DNA of 53,596 nucleotides from an uncultured Candidatus Saccharibacteria bacterium. Its GTDB lineage: Bacteria; Patescibacteriota; Minisyncoccia; Minisyncoccales; UBA10102. Positions 10,190 through 19,552 of this stretch are shown here, piece after piece. Made by a program: the position numbers and the translations under genes. The DNA lies in the NCBI GenBank assembly GCA_964359655.1, contig CAYHVI010000004.1, positions 1-53,596 of the forward strand. Direction: 5' to 3'. Within the stretch, counting starts at the first letter, position 1, and every line of letters begins with the position of its first letter. The notes beneath the pieces were generated by a model that was given only the letters and a program-made list of their open reading frames with translations, made no database searches and had not been told where the DNA came from.

Positions 10190-13100
10190 TTATCCTGTCC
10201 AGTTTGCCATCAAACGATTAGCATCAAAAATGTCAATCTTTCCTTGAGAGACGTTGCTGGGTCCAGCGTTGATGTCGAACTCCTTGAAATCTAGGCTGGT
10301 ACTATCTGTTCTTCCCCATCGGGAAAGAAGAAAAGAAACATCGTCAATATCAATGTCGCCGTCCCGATTCCCCGAACTGTCTGGCAAATCTCCGTGTTTG
10401 GTTAAGAGAACTTGTTGTTGCAAAAGAATGGTCGTATCTGACCTTTGAAGTTCCATTGTATAGAATGCAGGAGGCAAAGCAGAAAAAGTCTGGGATTGAT
10501 CGCTAAAATCAAACTCAATAGTTGAAGAGTCTTTGGGCACCAAAGGAGGAGTGGAGAGCCGCACTAAGGATCCTTCTTTCAACAGGAACTTAAAGGTATC
10601 GGAAAGAGGGATGTTTGATCCACGAATAACAAACTTGTCATCTGGTTTATCTAAAAACAGATGCGAACGCTCCGGACTGAAAGAAGATGCTCCAATAATT
10701 TCAATCCCATTAATTTCTGGGGCCTCTAATACGGGTGTGAAGGCAATGTTCAATTGGCCATCTACTACATCCACGGTTACCGTTTTCACAAGCGCAATAT
10801 TTCTCCCTCCAGTTTCGGCAAATGGATCAACTCTGTTAATAGAAATTCCCTCCGCCGTTACATTGAACACACGTTGACCTGCCCCTGTAATAACTGTGTA
10901 CGTTTCTGCGAAATGAAGCTTAACCGTGTAACGTCCATTAGGAACGGTAAGAGCATACCCACTCATTCCCCATCTCTCTGTCTGATAAATCTTATCGTCA
11001 AGGGTATTCGCAATGGCAATCGGGCCTCTATCTACAGTATTTCCTGCCACAAATCCTCTATCTGCCCCCCATACTCTGTTCTGGGAATCAGTATAAGAAG
11101 CTATTCCTCCTGCTTCAATCAAAATTGCAGAAGTCGGCGGTGGTGATCCCCCCGCACTCACGACAAGAGCCACACTAACAGTCTTTGGACTTCCTTGTGC
11201 GCCATTGGCGGTTACGGTGATGATTCCATTGTAAGAACCTACGGCTAAACCAGCTGTAGAGATTGAAACAGTAACCGTGCCATTGTTTGTTCCTGTGGTT
11301 GGATTAATAGTTAGCCAGCTTGCATTACTCGATGCAGTCCAAGCCATACTCCCTGCACCTGTATTCGATACACTAAGAGTTTGACTAGAAGGATTGGAAC
11401 CTCCCTGGGTGGCAGAGAAGATTAACGACGATGGAGAGACGTTGAGGACGGGGGTCGCTATGATTCCTCCTTCTACCTCAAATGCTCCCATGTCTGGCGC
11501 CGAACCTCTGTAGGGCCAGGCTGAATCCTGATCGTTGAATCCAGGAATCAGGACGCCACCATCTATGCCAGGGCTTCCCGGAAGGAGACGGAAGTCACGG
11601 TTTGCGGCATCCGCAAACAGCGGCATTGCCGATATTCCGTTCATCTCCAAGCCCGTGGCTGCCCTCAGCGCCGCCAGGCTGTCGTAGGTAGGCCCTTCGT
11701 ACTTGGCAAAGATGCCTCCATCTTTGTCAAAGTTGAGGTTGTAGTCTGAGAAGATCTTGCCGCCGGGATCGTTGATGGAGATTCCTCGTCCCTCAAAGTA
11801 GTAAACGTTGTTCTTGAGGAAGAGGTTGGTTGAAGGCGTGCGATCGCCGGCGTCAGATATGATCACTCCTGATGCCCCGGGGCAAGCCCCTGTATTCCAA
11901 TAGAAGGTGTTGTGGTAGAAGAATACATGGCCTGTGCCATTCTCTCCTTCTTTGATGCCCACGCATCCTGCCCATTGGTACTGGGGGCCGTAGAGCACGT
12001 TCCTGAACACGTAGGCGGGGCCTACGATGGCAGGGGAGATGCTGATACCCAGGTTGGGGCCCACTATGGTATTGCCCCATACTCGGGTATTGACGTCGTT
12101 GCCGTCCATCTCAATGCCATCGTCTGTAGCGCCGATGCACATGTTGCCGTATATGTCAGTGTCCTTATATACGTCCCCGTACTCAAAGTTGGGACTGGAC
12201 ACGATACAGTCCTCGCCGTGGGTGCGGTTGTTCTCCAAGCCAGTGTAGAAGTACTCCAGGTGGTTGTAGCGGATAACGTGTCCGCCTTTGTTATAGCAAC
12301 ATGAGTTAATACCTCCAAGGTCATCAGGAGGGTCAGCAATTGACGCAAATATCTTATTCCTTTGAACAGTGACATTAGCCACATTACTTACAGGTGCCCA
12401 TCCGCCAAGACCAGTCGATTTACCGCCAATTCTAAGGCCAGTTCTATGATAATCTTTCAGGAGGTTGTCTTCTATGATGACATCATGGGCATCATCATTG
12501 ATTAAAATCGCACCATTAGAATCGAGTATTTCAAAGCCTTTGAATCGGATGTAACTCCCGGTAATAAGTACTCCCATACTAGGTTGAGCAATAACAGTAC
12601 TATCGCCAGGAGGGTTGATTACGACTCTGTCGTTTCCAAAATTTCTAAATGTAATGTAATTATCAGAAGTTCCTGAAGCTTTTATTTGAACAGCTTCGCC
12701 ATAGGTTCCGGCCTTGACGTAAACCGTATCGCCGGTCCGAGCGTTGTCGGAGGCCTTTTGGATGGTTCTCCACGGGTTAGCTTCGGACCCGTCTCCAGAG
12801 GTGTCATTGCCGGAGGTTGAAACGTACAGGGACCTCGCCGTGGATGGAATCTGAGCAGTCTCTTTTCTCGTCCTTATGGTCTTGACGAGCGGGTTTGTTC
12901 CTGAGACACCGTCGGGATCGGCGAAGCTCACCCGCACCTCATAACCGGTGTCTGGCTCTACCAGCAGGATACTGGCGCGCCACTGGTTTTTGAAGGTGTT
13001 GGTGAAGATATTTGGGCCACCTGTTACGGTACTCCTTCTGTCCACGGTCATATCCATGCCGCGGCTCCAGGCGGAGTTTCCGGCTTTGCGGTACTCTAAT

Positions 13101-14983
13101 AAGGCTTGGTTATTCCCATTTGTATCATCAGTGAAATCCGTATACACACTGACTGATGCATAGGTAGACGCAAGATTCAATACTCCCGTTGTAGTAGTTG
13201 ATCCAGATGGGGCAGGCCCAGAAGAAGTAACGGTAAGCGACACTGCAACAGTTTTGGGACTTTGTTGAGCACCAGTCGAGGTTATGGTGATGACTCCATT
13301 GTAAGAACCTGTACTCAAACCAGCTGTGGAAACTGATGCAGTGATCGTACCATTGTTTGTTCCTGCGATTGGATTAATAGTTAGCCAGTTTGCATTACTC
13401 GATGCAGTCCAGTTCATCGTACCACCTCCTGTATTCGATACGGTAATGCTTTGATTCGCAGGATTGGATCCTCCTTGAACACCAGAGAAGGTTAATGTGG
13501 TGGGGGAGACGTTGAGAGTTGGAGTGGACGGAGACGGCAATCCAGTTTTTGTTATCGTGAATCTGTCTAAAATAAATCTACCAGGGGTAGCTGTGGAGTT
13601 ATAGGGTTGATTCTCGACCAAGCTATCTGGCATGGCAACGAACTCCACGGTCATTTCACCACCATTAACAGTTACTCTAGCATGCCCAAAATGGTGGTTG
13701 TTTCTAAAGGCACTCCATTGAGTAGGATTAGCTGCAGTACCCCATGTATCGGGGTCACCCTGCCCTTTCCCCGGATTGTATAAACTTCTACCTGCAGTAC
13801 CTGGCATAAGATAAATTGGGTATTGTGGATTTGTGCAGGACGCATAGGCCACTCCTGGCGTGCCTCCACAGCTTACAGCATCTATGCTATTCCCATTGTT
13901 TGCTACAGGAAACGTGCGCTCATAGGAGTGCTGATGACCGCATACAAATAGATCAACTTTATATTGTTCGAGAAGATCCTCTAGTACAGCTCTGGCCTCG
14001 TCGTCTGAAGCGTGACTATCGTCGTATCCCCAGTTGTAAAAACAAAAATGGGTGTAAACAACTGACCAGTCGATATTGTTTGCTAGTTTGTCTTGGTAAG
14101 CGTTCGCAAGATCATTTTTAAACCATTCGTATCGTGCTTCTCCCGGCTGCACTTTCCCGGAGCCTCCGAATACTTTTGAATGGTCAAGGTCCAGATCTAT
14201 TGAGGTAAAGTGAACATTGCCCCAATCAAATGAGTACCACATTTCCGGCATCTTCTGTCTGCAACTACTTGTACATGTATCACCAATCGGTCTACCAGGA
14301 TAGCTAAACCTGTTTAAATAAGTAACCGCAGCATCAGGCGAATACATCTCGTGGTTTCCCGGGGCAGTCATATAATATGCCCCGCTTGCTATATCATGAA
14401 TTACATTGTCGAAAAAACGGTCAACCTCTACCATGTTGCCATAGAACAGATCACCTGCAACAATAATAAGTTCCGGATTATCTTGCTTAATACTGCTTGC
14501 TACGGGAATAGGTCTAGTAGAGGGTCTATCCTCATCCCAACTCTGATCTGCAATTGCGACAAATGTAAAAGGCCTTTTGTCGCCTTTTGCTGGCGCTGTC
14601 TTAAACTTCATTTCTCGGCTCATAACTCCACTGTTTTCAACTTGATAGTAATAGGTGGTTGCTGGTATCAGTCCTGTTACTTGTGCTACGTGCATACAAC
14701 AAAATCTACCCAATGTATCTACACTAGGATAGTCATAAGAGACGCTCTGAGTAGTTATAGTATAAACTCCTGGGATAGTCCCAAGTCGTAGGGCACTTGG
14801 AGTAAGAGAACTAGTTTTCCAAGTAACAGTTACTTCTTCCCAAGGTTTTCCAGTCGTGGTAGAAATATGTGCTTGATAAAAGTTAGAGCCCGGACTTTGG
14901 GCAACACCAATTTGATCTGGCGAAAACAAAAAGAAAAATGAAAACAGTAAAAATATAACTAACGCTAAGAGTGAATATTTCAT
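10190..14983 (-). CDS. 1597-aa secreted multidomain enzyme: purple-acid-phosphatase-like metallophosphoesterase, Ig-like module, right-handed beta-helix, Ig-like module, malectin-like domain, C-terminal dockerin
   Basis: Signal peptide present. PAP motifs are GDLFY, GNHE and GHQHSYER. The beta-helix N-cap is NPWRTIQKASDNARTGDTVYVKAGTYGE. The malectin-like part reads IYQTERWG...YTVKLHFAE...RVFNV. The dockerin-like tail reads DGDIDIDDVSFLLSRW...IDIFDANRLMANW. Confidence 0.75.
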   Translation of the reverse strand: MKYSLLALVIFLLFSFFFLFSPDQIGVAQSPGSNFYQAHISTTTGKPWEEVTVTWKTSSLTPSALRLGTIPGVYTITTQSVSYDYPSVDTLGRFCCMHVAQVTGLIPATTYYYQVENSGVMSREMKFKTAPAKGDKRPFTFVAIADQSWDEDRPSTRPIPVASSIKQDNPELIIVAGDLFYGNMVEVDRFFDNVIHDIASGAYYMTAPGNHEMYSPDAAVTYLNRFSYPGRPIGDTCTSSCRQKMPEMWYSFDWGNVHFTSIDLDLDHSKVFGGSGKVQPGEARYEWFKNDLANAYQDKLANNIDWSVVYTHFCFYNWGYDDSHASDDEARAVLEDLLEQYKVDLFVCGHQHSYERTFPVANNGNSIDAVSCGGTPGVAYASCTNPQYPIYLMPGTAGRSLYNPGKGQGDPDTWGTAANPTQWSAFRNNHHFGHARVTVNGGEMTVEFVAMPDSLVENQPYNSTATPGRFILDRFTITKTGLPSPSTPTLNVSPTTLTFSGVQGGSNPANQSITVSNTGGGTMNWTASSNANWLTINPIAGTNNGTITASVSTAGLSTGSYNGVITITSTGAQQSPKTVAVSLTVTSSGPAPSGSTTTTGVLNLASTYASVSVYTDFTDDTNGNNQALLEYRKAGNSAWSRGMDMTVDRRSTVTGGPNIFTNTFKNQWRASILLVEPDTGYEVRVSFADPDGVSGTNPLVKTIRTRKETAQIPSTARSLYVSTSGNDTSGDGSEANPWRTIQKASDNARTGDTVYVKAGTYGEAVQIKASGTSDNYITFRNFGNDRVVINPPGDSTVIAQPSMGVLITGSYIRFKGFEILDSNGAILINDDAHDVIIEDNLLKDYHRTGLRIGGKSTGLGGWAPVSNVANVTVQRNKIFASIADPPDDLGGINSCCYNKGGHVIRYNHLEYFYTGLENNRTHGEDCIVSSPNFEYGDVYKDTDIYGNMCIGATDDGIEMDGNDVNTRVWGNTIVGPNLGISISPAIVGPAYVFRNVLYGPQYQWAGCVGIKEGENGTGHVFFYHNTFYWNTGACPGASGVIISDAGDRTPSTNLFLKNNVYYFEGRGISINDPGGKIFSDYNLNFDKDGGIFAKYEGPTYDSLAALRAATGLEMNGISAMPLFADAANRDFRLLPGSPGIDGGVLIPGFNDQDSAWPYRGSAPDMGAFEVEGGIIATPVLNVSPSSLIFSATQGGSNPSSQTLSVSNTGAGSMAWTASSNASWLTINPTTGTNNGTVTVSISTAGLAVGSYNGIITVTANGAQGSPKTVSVALVVSAGGSPPPTSAILIEAGGIASYTDSQNRVWGADRGFVAGNTVDRGPIAIANTLDDKIYQTERWGMSGYALTVPNGRYTVKLHFAETYTVITGAGQRVFNVTAEGISINRVDPFAETGGRNIALVKTVTVDVVDGQLNIAFTPVLEAPEINGIEIIGASSFSPERSHLFLDKPDDKFVIRGSNIPLSDTFKFLLKEGSLVRLSTPPLVPKDSSTIEFDFSDQSQTFSALPPAFYTMELQRSDTTILLQQQVLLTKHGDLPDSSGNRDGDIDIDDVSFLLSRWGRTDSTSLDFKEFDINAGPSNVSQGKIDIFDANRLMANWTG
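11165..11460. repeat. Ig-like module copy 2 (direct repeat of 13230..13525)
   Basis: About 80% nt identity by eye. It encodes PVLNVSPSSLIFSATQGGSNP...GSYNGIITVTANGAQGSPKTVSV. Confidence 0.8.
13230..13525. repeat. Ig-like module copy 1 (direct repeat of 11165..11460)
   Basis: It encodes PTLNVSPTTLTFSGVQGGSNP...GSYNGVITITSTGAQQSPKTVAV. Confidence 0.8.
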
Positions 14984-14991
14984 ATTCCTCT

Positions 14992-15021
14992 ATTATATGA
15001 CAAGTCAAAGACCAACGTCAA
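14992..15021 (-). promoter_or_regulatory. putative promoter of the cohesin/dockerin operon
   Basis: On the minus strand, TTGACG (15021..15016, overlapping the yraN stop), an 18-nt spacer and TATAAT (14997..14992). Only 8 nt separate it from the ATG at 14983. Confidence 0.5.
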
Positions 15022-15386
15022 GACTTTATATTTTCATAGTGAGCAATTCTCTGCAATGCATGGTTTTCCCCCAAGACGATACAGACCGCATCAATCCGGT
15101 AGAGCTTGTCCCACCTCACATGTGCAGCATAAGCAGCTGCATTTTGCCGCACTTTTTTGAGTTTATAGAAATTTAACGTCTCCTCGGGGGTTCCAAATTG
15201 TTCTCCAACTTTGGTGCGAACTTCCACAAACACCAATACATCTTTTCTCTTTGCCACGAGATCGATCTCCGCATATCGCGTCCGGTAGTTTTGCTCAAGA
15301 ATCTTATATCCCTTCTTCTGCAAATACTCACGTGCCAGCTTTTCTCCCAATCGCCCGACCGCCAAATTAAGTTGTTTATTCTTCAT
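15018..15386 (-). CDS. yraN: YraN family (UPF0102) endonuclease-like protein
   Basis: 122 aa. GEKLAREYLQKKGYKILEQNYR...EIDLVA...VFVEVRTK matches the YraN pattern. It overlaps comM by 11 nt. Confidence 0.8.
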   Translation of the reverse strand: MKNKQLNLAVGRLGEKLAREYLQKKGYKILEQNYRTRYAEIDLVAKRKDVLVFVEVRTKVGEQFGTPEETLNFYKLKKVRQNAAAYAAHVRWDKLYRIDAVCIVLGENHALQRIAHYENIKS

Positions 15387-16908
15387 CGTGTATCTTTGGC
15401 CGATATTGCAACGCCTCTGCCATATGTTTTAACTCAATCTCTTTTACGTCTTCGAGATCCGCAATGGTCCTCGCAATTTTTTGCATGCGAAAGTAAGAAC
15501 GTGCGGACAACTGAAATCTATTCGCAGCCTGTCGCAAAATCTGCTCTACTTCCGGCTCCAACTGCACGTATTTCTTTAAATGTGCATTTTTCATTTCGGC
15601 GTTTGTCTGAATACCCTCCTCTCGAAATCTTTGCTGCTGACTATTCCTTGTTCTTTGAATGCGCTCTCGAATTGCAGCTGACAATTCTCCTTGTTTTGCC
15701 TGTCGGTTCTGGGCTAAATCATCCACCGCAACTGCCGGTACCTCCACGTGAAGATCAATACGATCTAATATGGGGCCCGAAGCTCGTTTGCGATACTTTT
15801 GGACTTCTCTCGGACTGCAAATGCATGGTTTTTTTGGATGATTCAAATATCCGCAAGGGCAGGGATTGCTCGAAGCAACCAGCATAAACTGCGCAGGATA
15901 TTGCACGCGGCGAAGCGCGCGAGCAATGGTAACGTATCCATCTTCCAAGGGCTGGCGTAAAGCCTCCAAAACAGATCTTGGAAATTCACTGAATTCATCA
16001 AGAAACAACACTCCCCTGTGCGCCAAACTAATCTCGCCTGGCTGCGGCTTTGATCCTCCGCCGATCAACCCTACCAAAGAAGTGCTGTGATGAGGCGCGC
16101 GGAACGGCCGTGTGGAAAGAAGCCCGCCGCCTGCCTTAACGTTGCCAGACGCTGAATAAATTTTGGTAACCTCGAGCGATTCTGTCTCATTCAGCGAAGG
16201 AAGAATGCCGGGCAAAGCGCGGGCAAGCATTGTTTTTCCTGCTCCGGGGGACCCCACCATTAAAATATTATGTCCTCCGGCTGCCGCGATTTCCATGGCT
16301 CTTTTTGCCTGTTCCTGGCCCAAAATCTCTGCCATATCGAATTCCGGATGCGTCTCTGCGTCTGGCAAACTCTGCGGTTTTGAAACCGGAATCAGTTGTA
16401 CGCGTCCAACGAGGTGTTCTACCATTTCTGCAAGGTGTCTCACCGGATACACTTTTATTTCCGGAATCGCAGCAGCTTCGTTTACCGAATCTTTTGGAAC
16501 GAACAAATGCTTATATCCAAATTCTCTTGCGAACAGCGCCAAAAGCAAAGCGCCTTTGGTGTGGCGCAAAGAACCATCGAGCGACAGTTCTCCAAAAAAT
16601 AATGTTTTTTCAGGAATGCGAAAATCAAGTACCGCAGAAAGAATGCCTATTGCAATGGGCAGGTCGTAAAAAGAACCTTCTTTGGGAATGTCTGCGGGAG
16701 CCAAGTTGACGGTGATTTTCTGCGCGGGAAATTCAATGTGGGAATTTACAATCGCAGTTCGCACCCTTTCACGGCTCTCGTCCACGGCTTTGGAAGGCAA
16801 CCCAACAATTTCAAATCCAGGCAATCCCCTGGAAGCCATATTAATTTCCACATCCACTCCCACGGTTTCCAATCCTATATGTAATGCCGACGGAACTTTA
16901 ATTAACAT
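15376..16908 (-). CDS. comM: YifB/ComM family Mg-chelatase-like ATPase
   Basis: 510 aa with an N-terminal Lon-like domain, Walker A GSPGAGKTM, Walker B VLFLDEF and a C-terminal ChlI-like domain. Confidence 0.9.
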   Translation of the reverse strand: MLIKVPSALHIGLETVGVDVEINMASRGLPGFEIVGLPSKAVDESRERVRTAIVNSHIEFPAQKITVNLAPADIPKEGSFYDLPIAIGILSAVLDFRIPEKTLFFGELSLDGSLRHTKGALLLALFAREFGYKHLFVPKDSVNEAAAIPEIKVYPVRHLAEMVEHLVGRVQLIPVSKPQSLPDAETHPEFDMAEILGQEQAKRAMEIAAAGGHNILMVGSPGAGKTMLARALPGILPSLNETESLEVTKIYSASGNVKAGGGLLSTRPFRAPHHSTSLVGLIGGGSKPQPGEISLAHRGVLFLDEFSEFPRSVLEALRQPLEDGYVTIARALRRVQYPAQFMLVASSNPCPCGYLNHPKKPCICSPREVQKYRKRASGPILDRIDLHVEVPAVAVDDLAQNRQAKQGELSAAIRERIQRTRNSQQQRFREEGIQTNAEMKNAHLKKYVQLEPEVEQILRQAANRFQLSARSYFRMQKIARTIADLEDVKEIELKHMAEALQYRPKIHDEE

Positions 16909-17773
16909 AGTATTTTCCTCCTTCCTGCTTGATTATTCCTTGCAGTTCCAAAAGCGACAAGGTCGTGCCCAATTGTGCGGCCGACACGCCAAGCGTTCTT
17001 GCCAAAAGATCTGCCTCGAGCGATTCTCTTTGCAACACCTCAAGCACTTTCTGTTCAATTGGTTCGAAACCCGATTTTGAATGAAAGAAGTTGGGCTTCT
17101 TCTCAAAGAGCGCCTTTTTATCGTAGTATTCCAAAATATCATTGGGAGAGGAAGCGAGTAAAGCGCCTTCTTGCAGCAACTTTGCCGTACCCTTGGAAAC
17201 TTCGCTCGTAATGGGTCCTGGCACTGCAAATACTTTTCTCCCAAATTTCTTTGCCAATTCTGCGGTTATCAAAGAACCTGATTTCAACCCTGCCTCTACT
17301 ATTAAAGTTGCTTTGCACAATCCTGCAACTATGCGATTTCTTTTTGGGTAAGTCCAAAAAGCTGGCATTGCGCTCCCGTCCCATTCAGAAAGAATCAAGC
17401 CGCCGGTTTCCAAGATGCTTTGATACAAATCTTTTTGGTGTTCAGGATGAATTCGTTCGATTCCGCAGGGCATCACTGCGATTGTCTTGCCTCCCGCCTC
17501 CAAGGCGGCTTTGTGTGCCGTAGCGTCTACCCCATACATAAACCCGGAAACAATGGTCACACCTGCTCGCGCCACTTCGCCTACGAGTTGTTCGGTTGCA
17601 CGCTTGCCGTAGCTTGTCATATGCCTGCTTCCCACTACTGCCAAACAATTTTCGAACAATTCGTCTTGCCAAGTTCCTTTATAATACAATTGTTCCGGGG
17701 AATCGGAAATTGCGACCAGCAAATTCGGATATTTCGCATCTTCTTTATAGAGAACCTGTGTGTCTTTTGCCAT
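16898..17773 (-). CDS. dprA: DNA-processing protein DprA
   Basis: 291 aa with a Rossmann-like DprA core (VVGSR..TSYG, IVSGFMYGVDATAHKAAL, AVMPCGI, LSEW) and a C-terminal wHTH. Confidence 0.9.
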   Translation of the reverse strand: MAKDTQVLYKEDAKYPNLLVAISDSPEQLYYKGTWQDELFENCLAVVGSRHMTSYGKRATEQLVGEVARAGVTIVSGFMYGVDATAHKAALEAGGKTIAVMPCGIERIHPEHQKDLYQSILETGGLILSEWDGSAMPAFWTYPKRNRIVAGLCKATLIVEAGLKSGSLITAELAKKFGRKVFAVPGPITSEVSKGTAKLLQEGALLASSPNDILEYYDKKALFEKKPNFFHSKSGFEPIEQKVLEVLQRESLEADLLARTLGVSAAQLGTTLSLLELQGIIKQEGGKYYVN

Positions 17774-17776
17774 AGA

Positions 17777-18325
17777 TTACTGACTTGTTCCTCGGATTTG
17801 GTCGTCCAGCCAGTCAAAATATTCTCCCATAATTCTGCCGACCTCTGCGCTTTGTCTTCCCGCCGCAAAGCCTTTCTCCCAGGCTTCTCCCTGAAGAGAC
17901 ACAGCAGACGAAAGCACAACTGGATTCACATTTTCTCCTGCGCGCAATACCTCTTGTTGGCCCCGAAGAATACCAGCGCCAAGTAACACAACAACGCTTG
18001 CAAAAGCTACGGCGAATTGCAATTTTCGCTGAAATGCAGTTTGGCGCGCAACTTCTTCTGGTCTGCCATCCTCCCATATATCAGCATCCGAAGCATATAT
18101 TGGTAAGTTTGACGGTGGCTCAACCTTCGGGATTTTTCGTTTCCCTTTCAATAAATTTCTATACTCTTTTGTTTTGGCAATGTAATCTTCAAGCCATTCT
18201 GACGTTATGCACCAATTGCGTCCAATCTTCACTGCCTTCAACTTGCCTTGTCGGGCGCGCAAACTCAAGTATTCCTGCGAATACGAACAAAGAATTGTCG
18301 CTTTCTGAAGAGTTATATATTCCAC
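17777..18325 (-). CDS. excisionase/MerR-like HTH domain protein with one TM segment
   Basis: 182 aa with a GTG start. The N-terminal HTH reads ITLQKATILCSYSQEYLSLRARQGKLKAVKIGRNWCITSEWLEDYI, and there is a central hydrophobic helix. Confidence 0.5.
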   Translation of the reverse strand: MEYITLQKATILCSYSQEYLSLRARQGKLKAVKIGRNWCITSEWLEDYIAKTKEYRNLLKGKRKIPKVEPPSNLPIYASDADIWEDGRPEEVARQTAFQRKLQFAVAFASVVVLLGAGILRGQQEVLRAGENVNPVVLSSAVSLQGEAWEKGFAAGRQSAEVGRIMGEYFDWLDDQIRGTSQ

Positions 18326-18399
18326 TCTTTTATTATCCTAAAATTAAATCAAAGGATCAATACCTTCGGCCTGTGGATATCCGATATGTAAGAAGAATT

Positions 18400-19491
18400 C
18401 TAGTGAGTTTTGATACTTAAGAGAACTCCCAATCCGATATATGTTGCAATAAGAGAAGATCCTCCGTAACTTACAAAGGGAAGCGACAAACCAACAATGG
18501 GTAAAAGTCCCAGATTCATACCTACGTTAATAAACGTTTGCGCAATGAGCAAAGTGGCCAAACCTGTAGCGTACAGTCTCGAAAAGTTATCCTGCGCGGC
18601 AATGCCGATTTTGACAACTCGCCAAACGAGAAGCAACAGAAGCAAAAATATAAGAGAAACACCGAAAAGCCCAAATTCTTCTGCAATAGCGGCAAAAATA
18701 AAGTCAGTTTGGGGCTCTGAAAGAAAACCGTATTGAGTTTGAGTCCCTTGTCCAAAACCTTGACCAAACATACCTCCAGAACCAATTGCGATTCTCGACT
18801 GCAATTGGCTCCATCCAATACCCAATGGATCCAACTCTGGCTCAAAAAAGCTCACAATTCTGCTTTTCTGATAGTCTAAAAGAAAAACAGACCATACTAA
18901 AGTACATACAAGTATCCCAACAAAAATAAGGGTAAACAGATGGCGAAAGCGAATTCCTGTTACAAGCAAAAGAACAATCCATAAAATAGCCAAAATAAAA
19001 ATTGGACCAAGATTAGGTTGAAAAGCTATAAGAAGTATTGGAATGAAAAAATAAATACCGGTAAGCACAATGTGTCTTATCCGATACACTTCAATATGGC
19101 GCAGGGCAAAATACTTTGCCATTATAATGATTAAAACAAACTTTATATACTCTATCGGATCAATGGATATATCTCCTATTCGATACCAGCCCTTAATTCC
19201 GCGGATTTCTGGCGCAAACAAATAAAGACCTGCCAATGCCAGAAGACCGATAAAATAGAAAAAAAGTATGAGATAAGGATCGTTGCGAAGCAAACGATAA
19301 TCAAAAAAAGAAACAAGCAGGATGCCAAAAAAACCAATGCCCAAAAATAGAAGCTGCTTTTCAAAATTAGAAAAATCATTCCTCGCAATCGAAGAACTAT
19401 AAATAGAGAGGGCGCCTATTCCTACCAATCCCATTGAGCTTCCAACCAAAATCCAATCCAGGTTCCGTATATGTGTTATAAATCTCTGCAT
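18400..19491 (-). CDS. SEDS family peptidoglycan polymerase (FtsW/RodA/SpoVE)
   Basis: Polytopic membrane protein ending in the SEDS pattern GGSSLIATYIGLGVLLSI. I prefer the ATG at 19491 over the TTG at 19503. Confidence 0.88.
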   Translation of the reverse strand: MQRFITHIRNLDWILVGSSMGLVGIGALSIYSSSIARNDFSNFEKQLLFLGIGFFGILLVSFFDYRLLRNDPYLILFFYFIGLLALAGLYLFAPEIRGIKGWYRIGDISIDPIEYIKFVLIIIMAKYFALRHIEVYRIRHIVLTGIYFFIPILLIAFQPNLGPIFILAILWIVLLLVTGIRFRHLFTLIFVGILVCTLVWSVFLLDYQKSRIVSFFEPELDPLGIGWSQLQSRIAIGSGGMFGQGFGQGTQTQYGFLSEPQTDFIFAAIAEEFGLFGVSLIFLLLLLLVWRVVKIGIAAQDNFSRLYATGLATLLIAQTFINVGMNLGLLPIVGLSLPFVSYGGSSLIATYIGLGVLLSIKTH

Positions 19492-19506
19492 AAAAATAAA
19501 CAAGCT

Positions 19507-19540
19507 ATGTAAAATATATGCGGTCGCTTTTACTTTACAC
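19507..19540. repeat. imperfect palindrome atgtaaaatatatgc-ggtc-gcttttactttacac
   Basis: Its left half plus centre match the site at 20154..20189 at 20/21 nt. It lies between the PaaX-like stop and the SEDS gene start. Confidence 0.8.
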
Positions 19541-19552
19541 TATTCGCAACCC

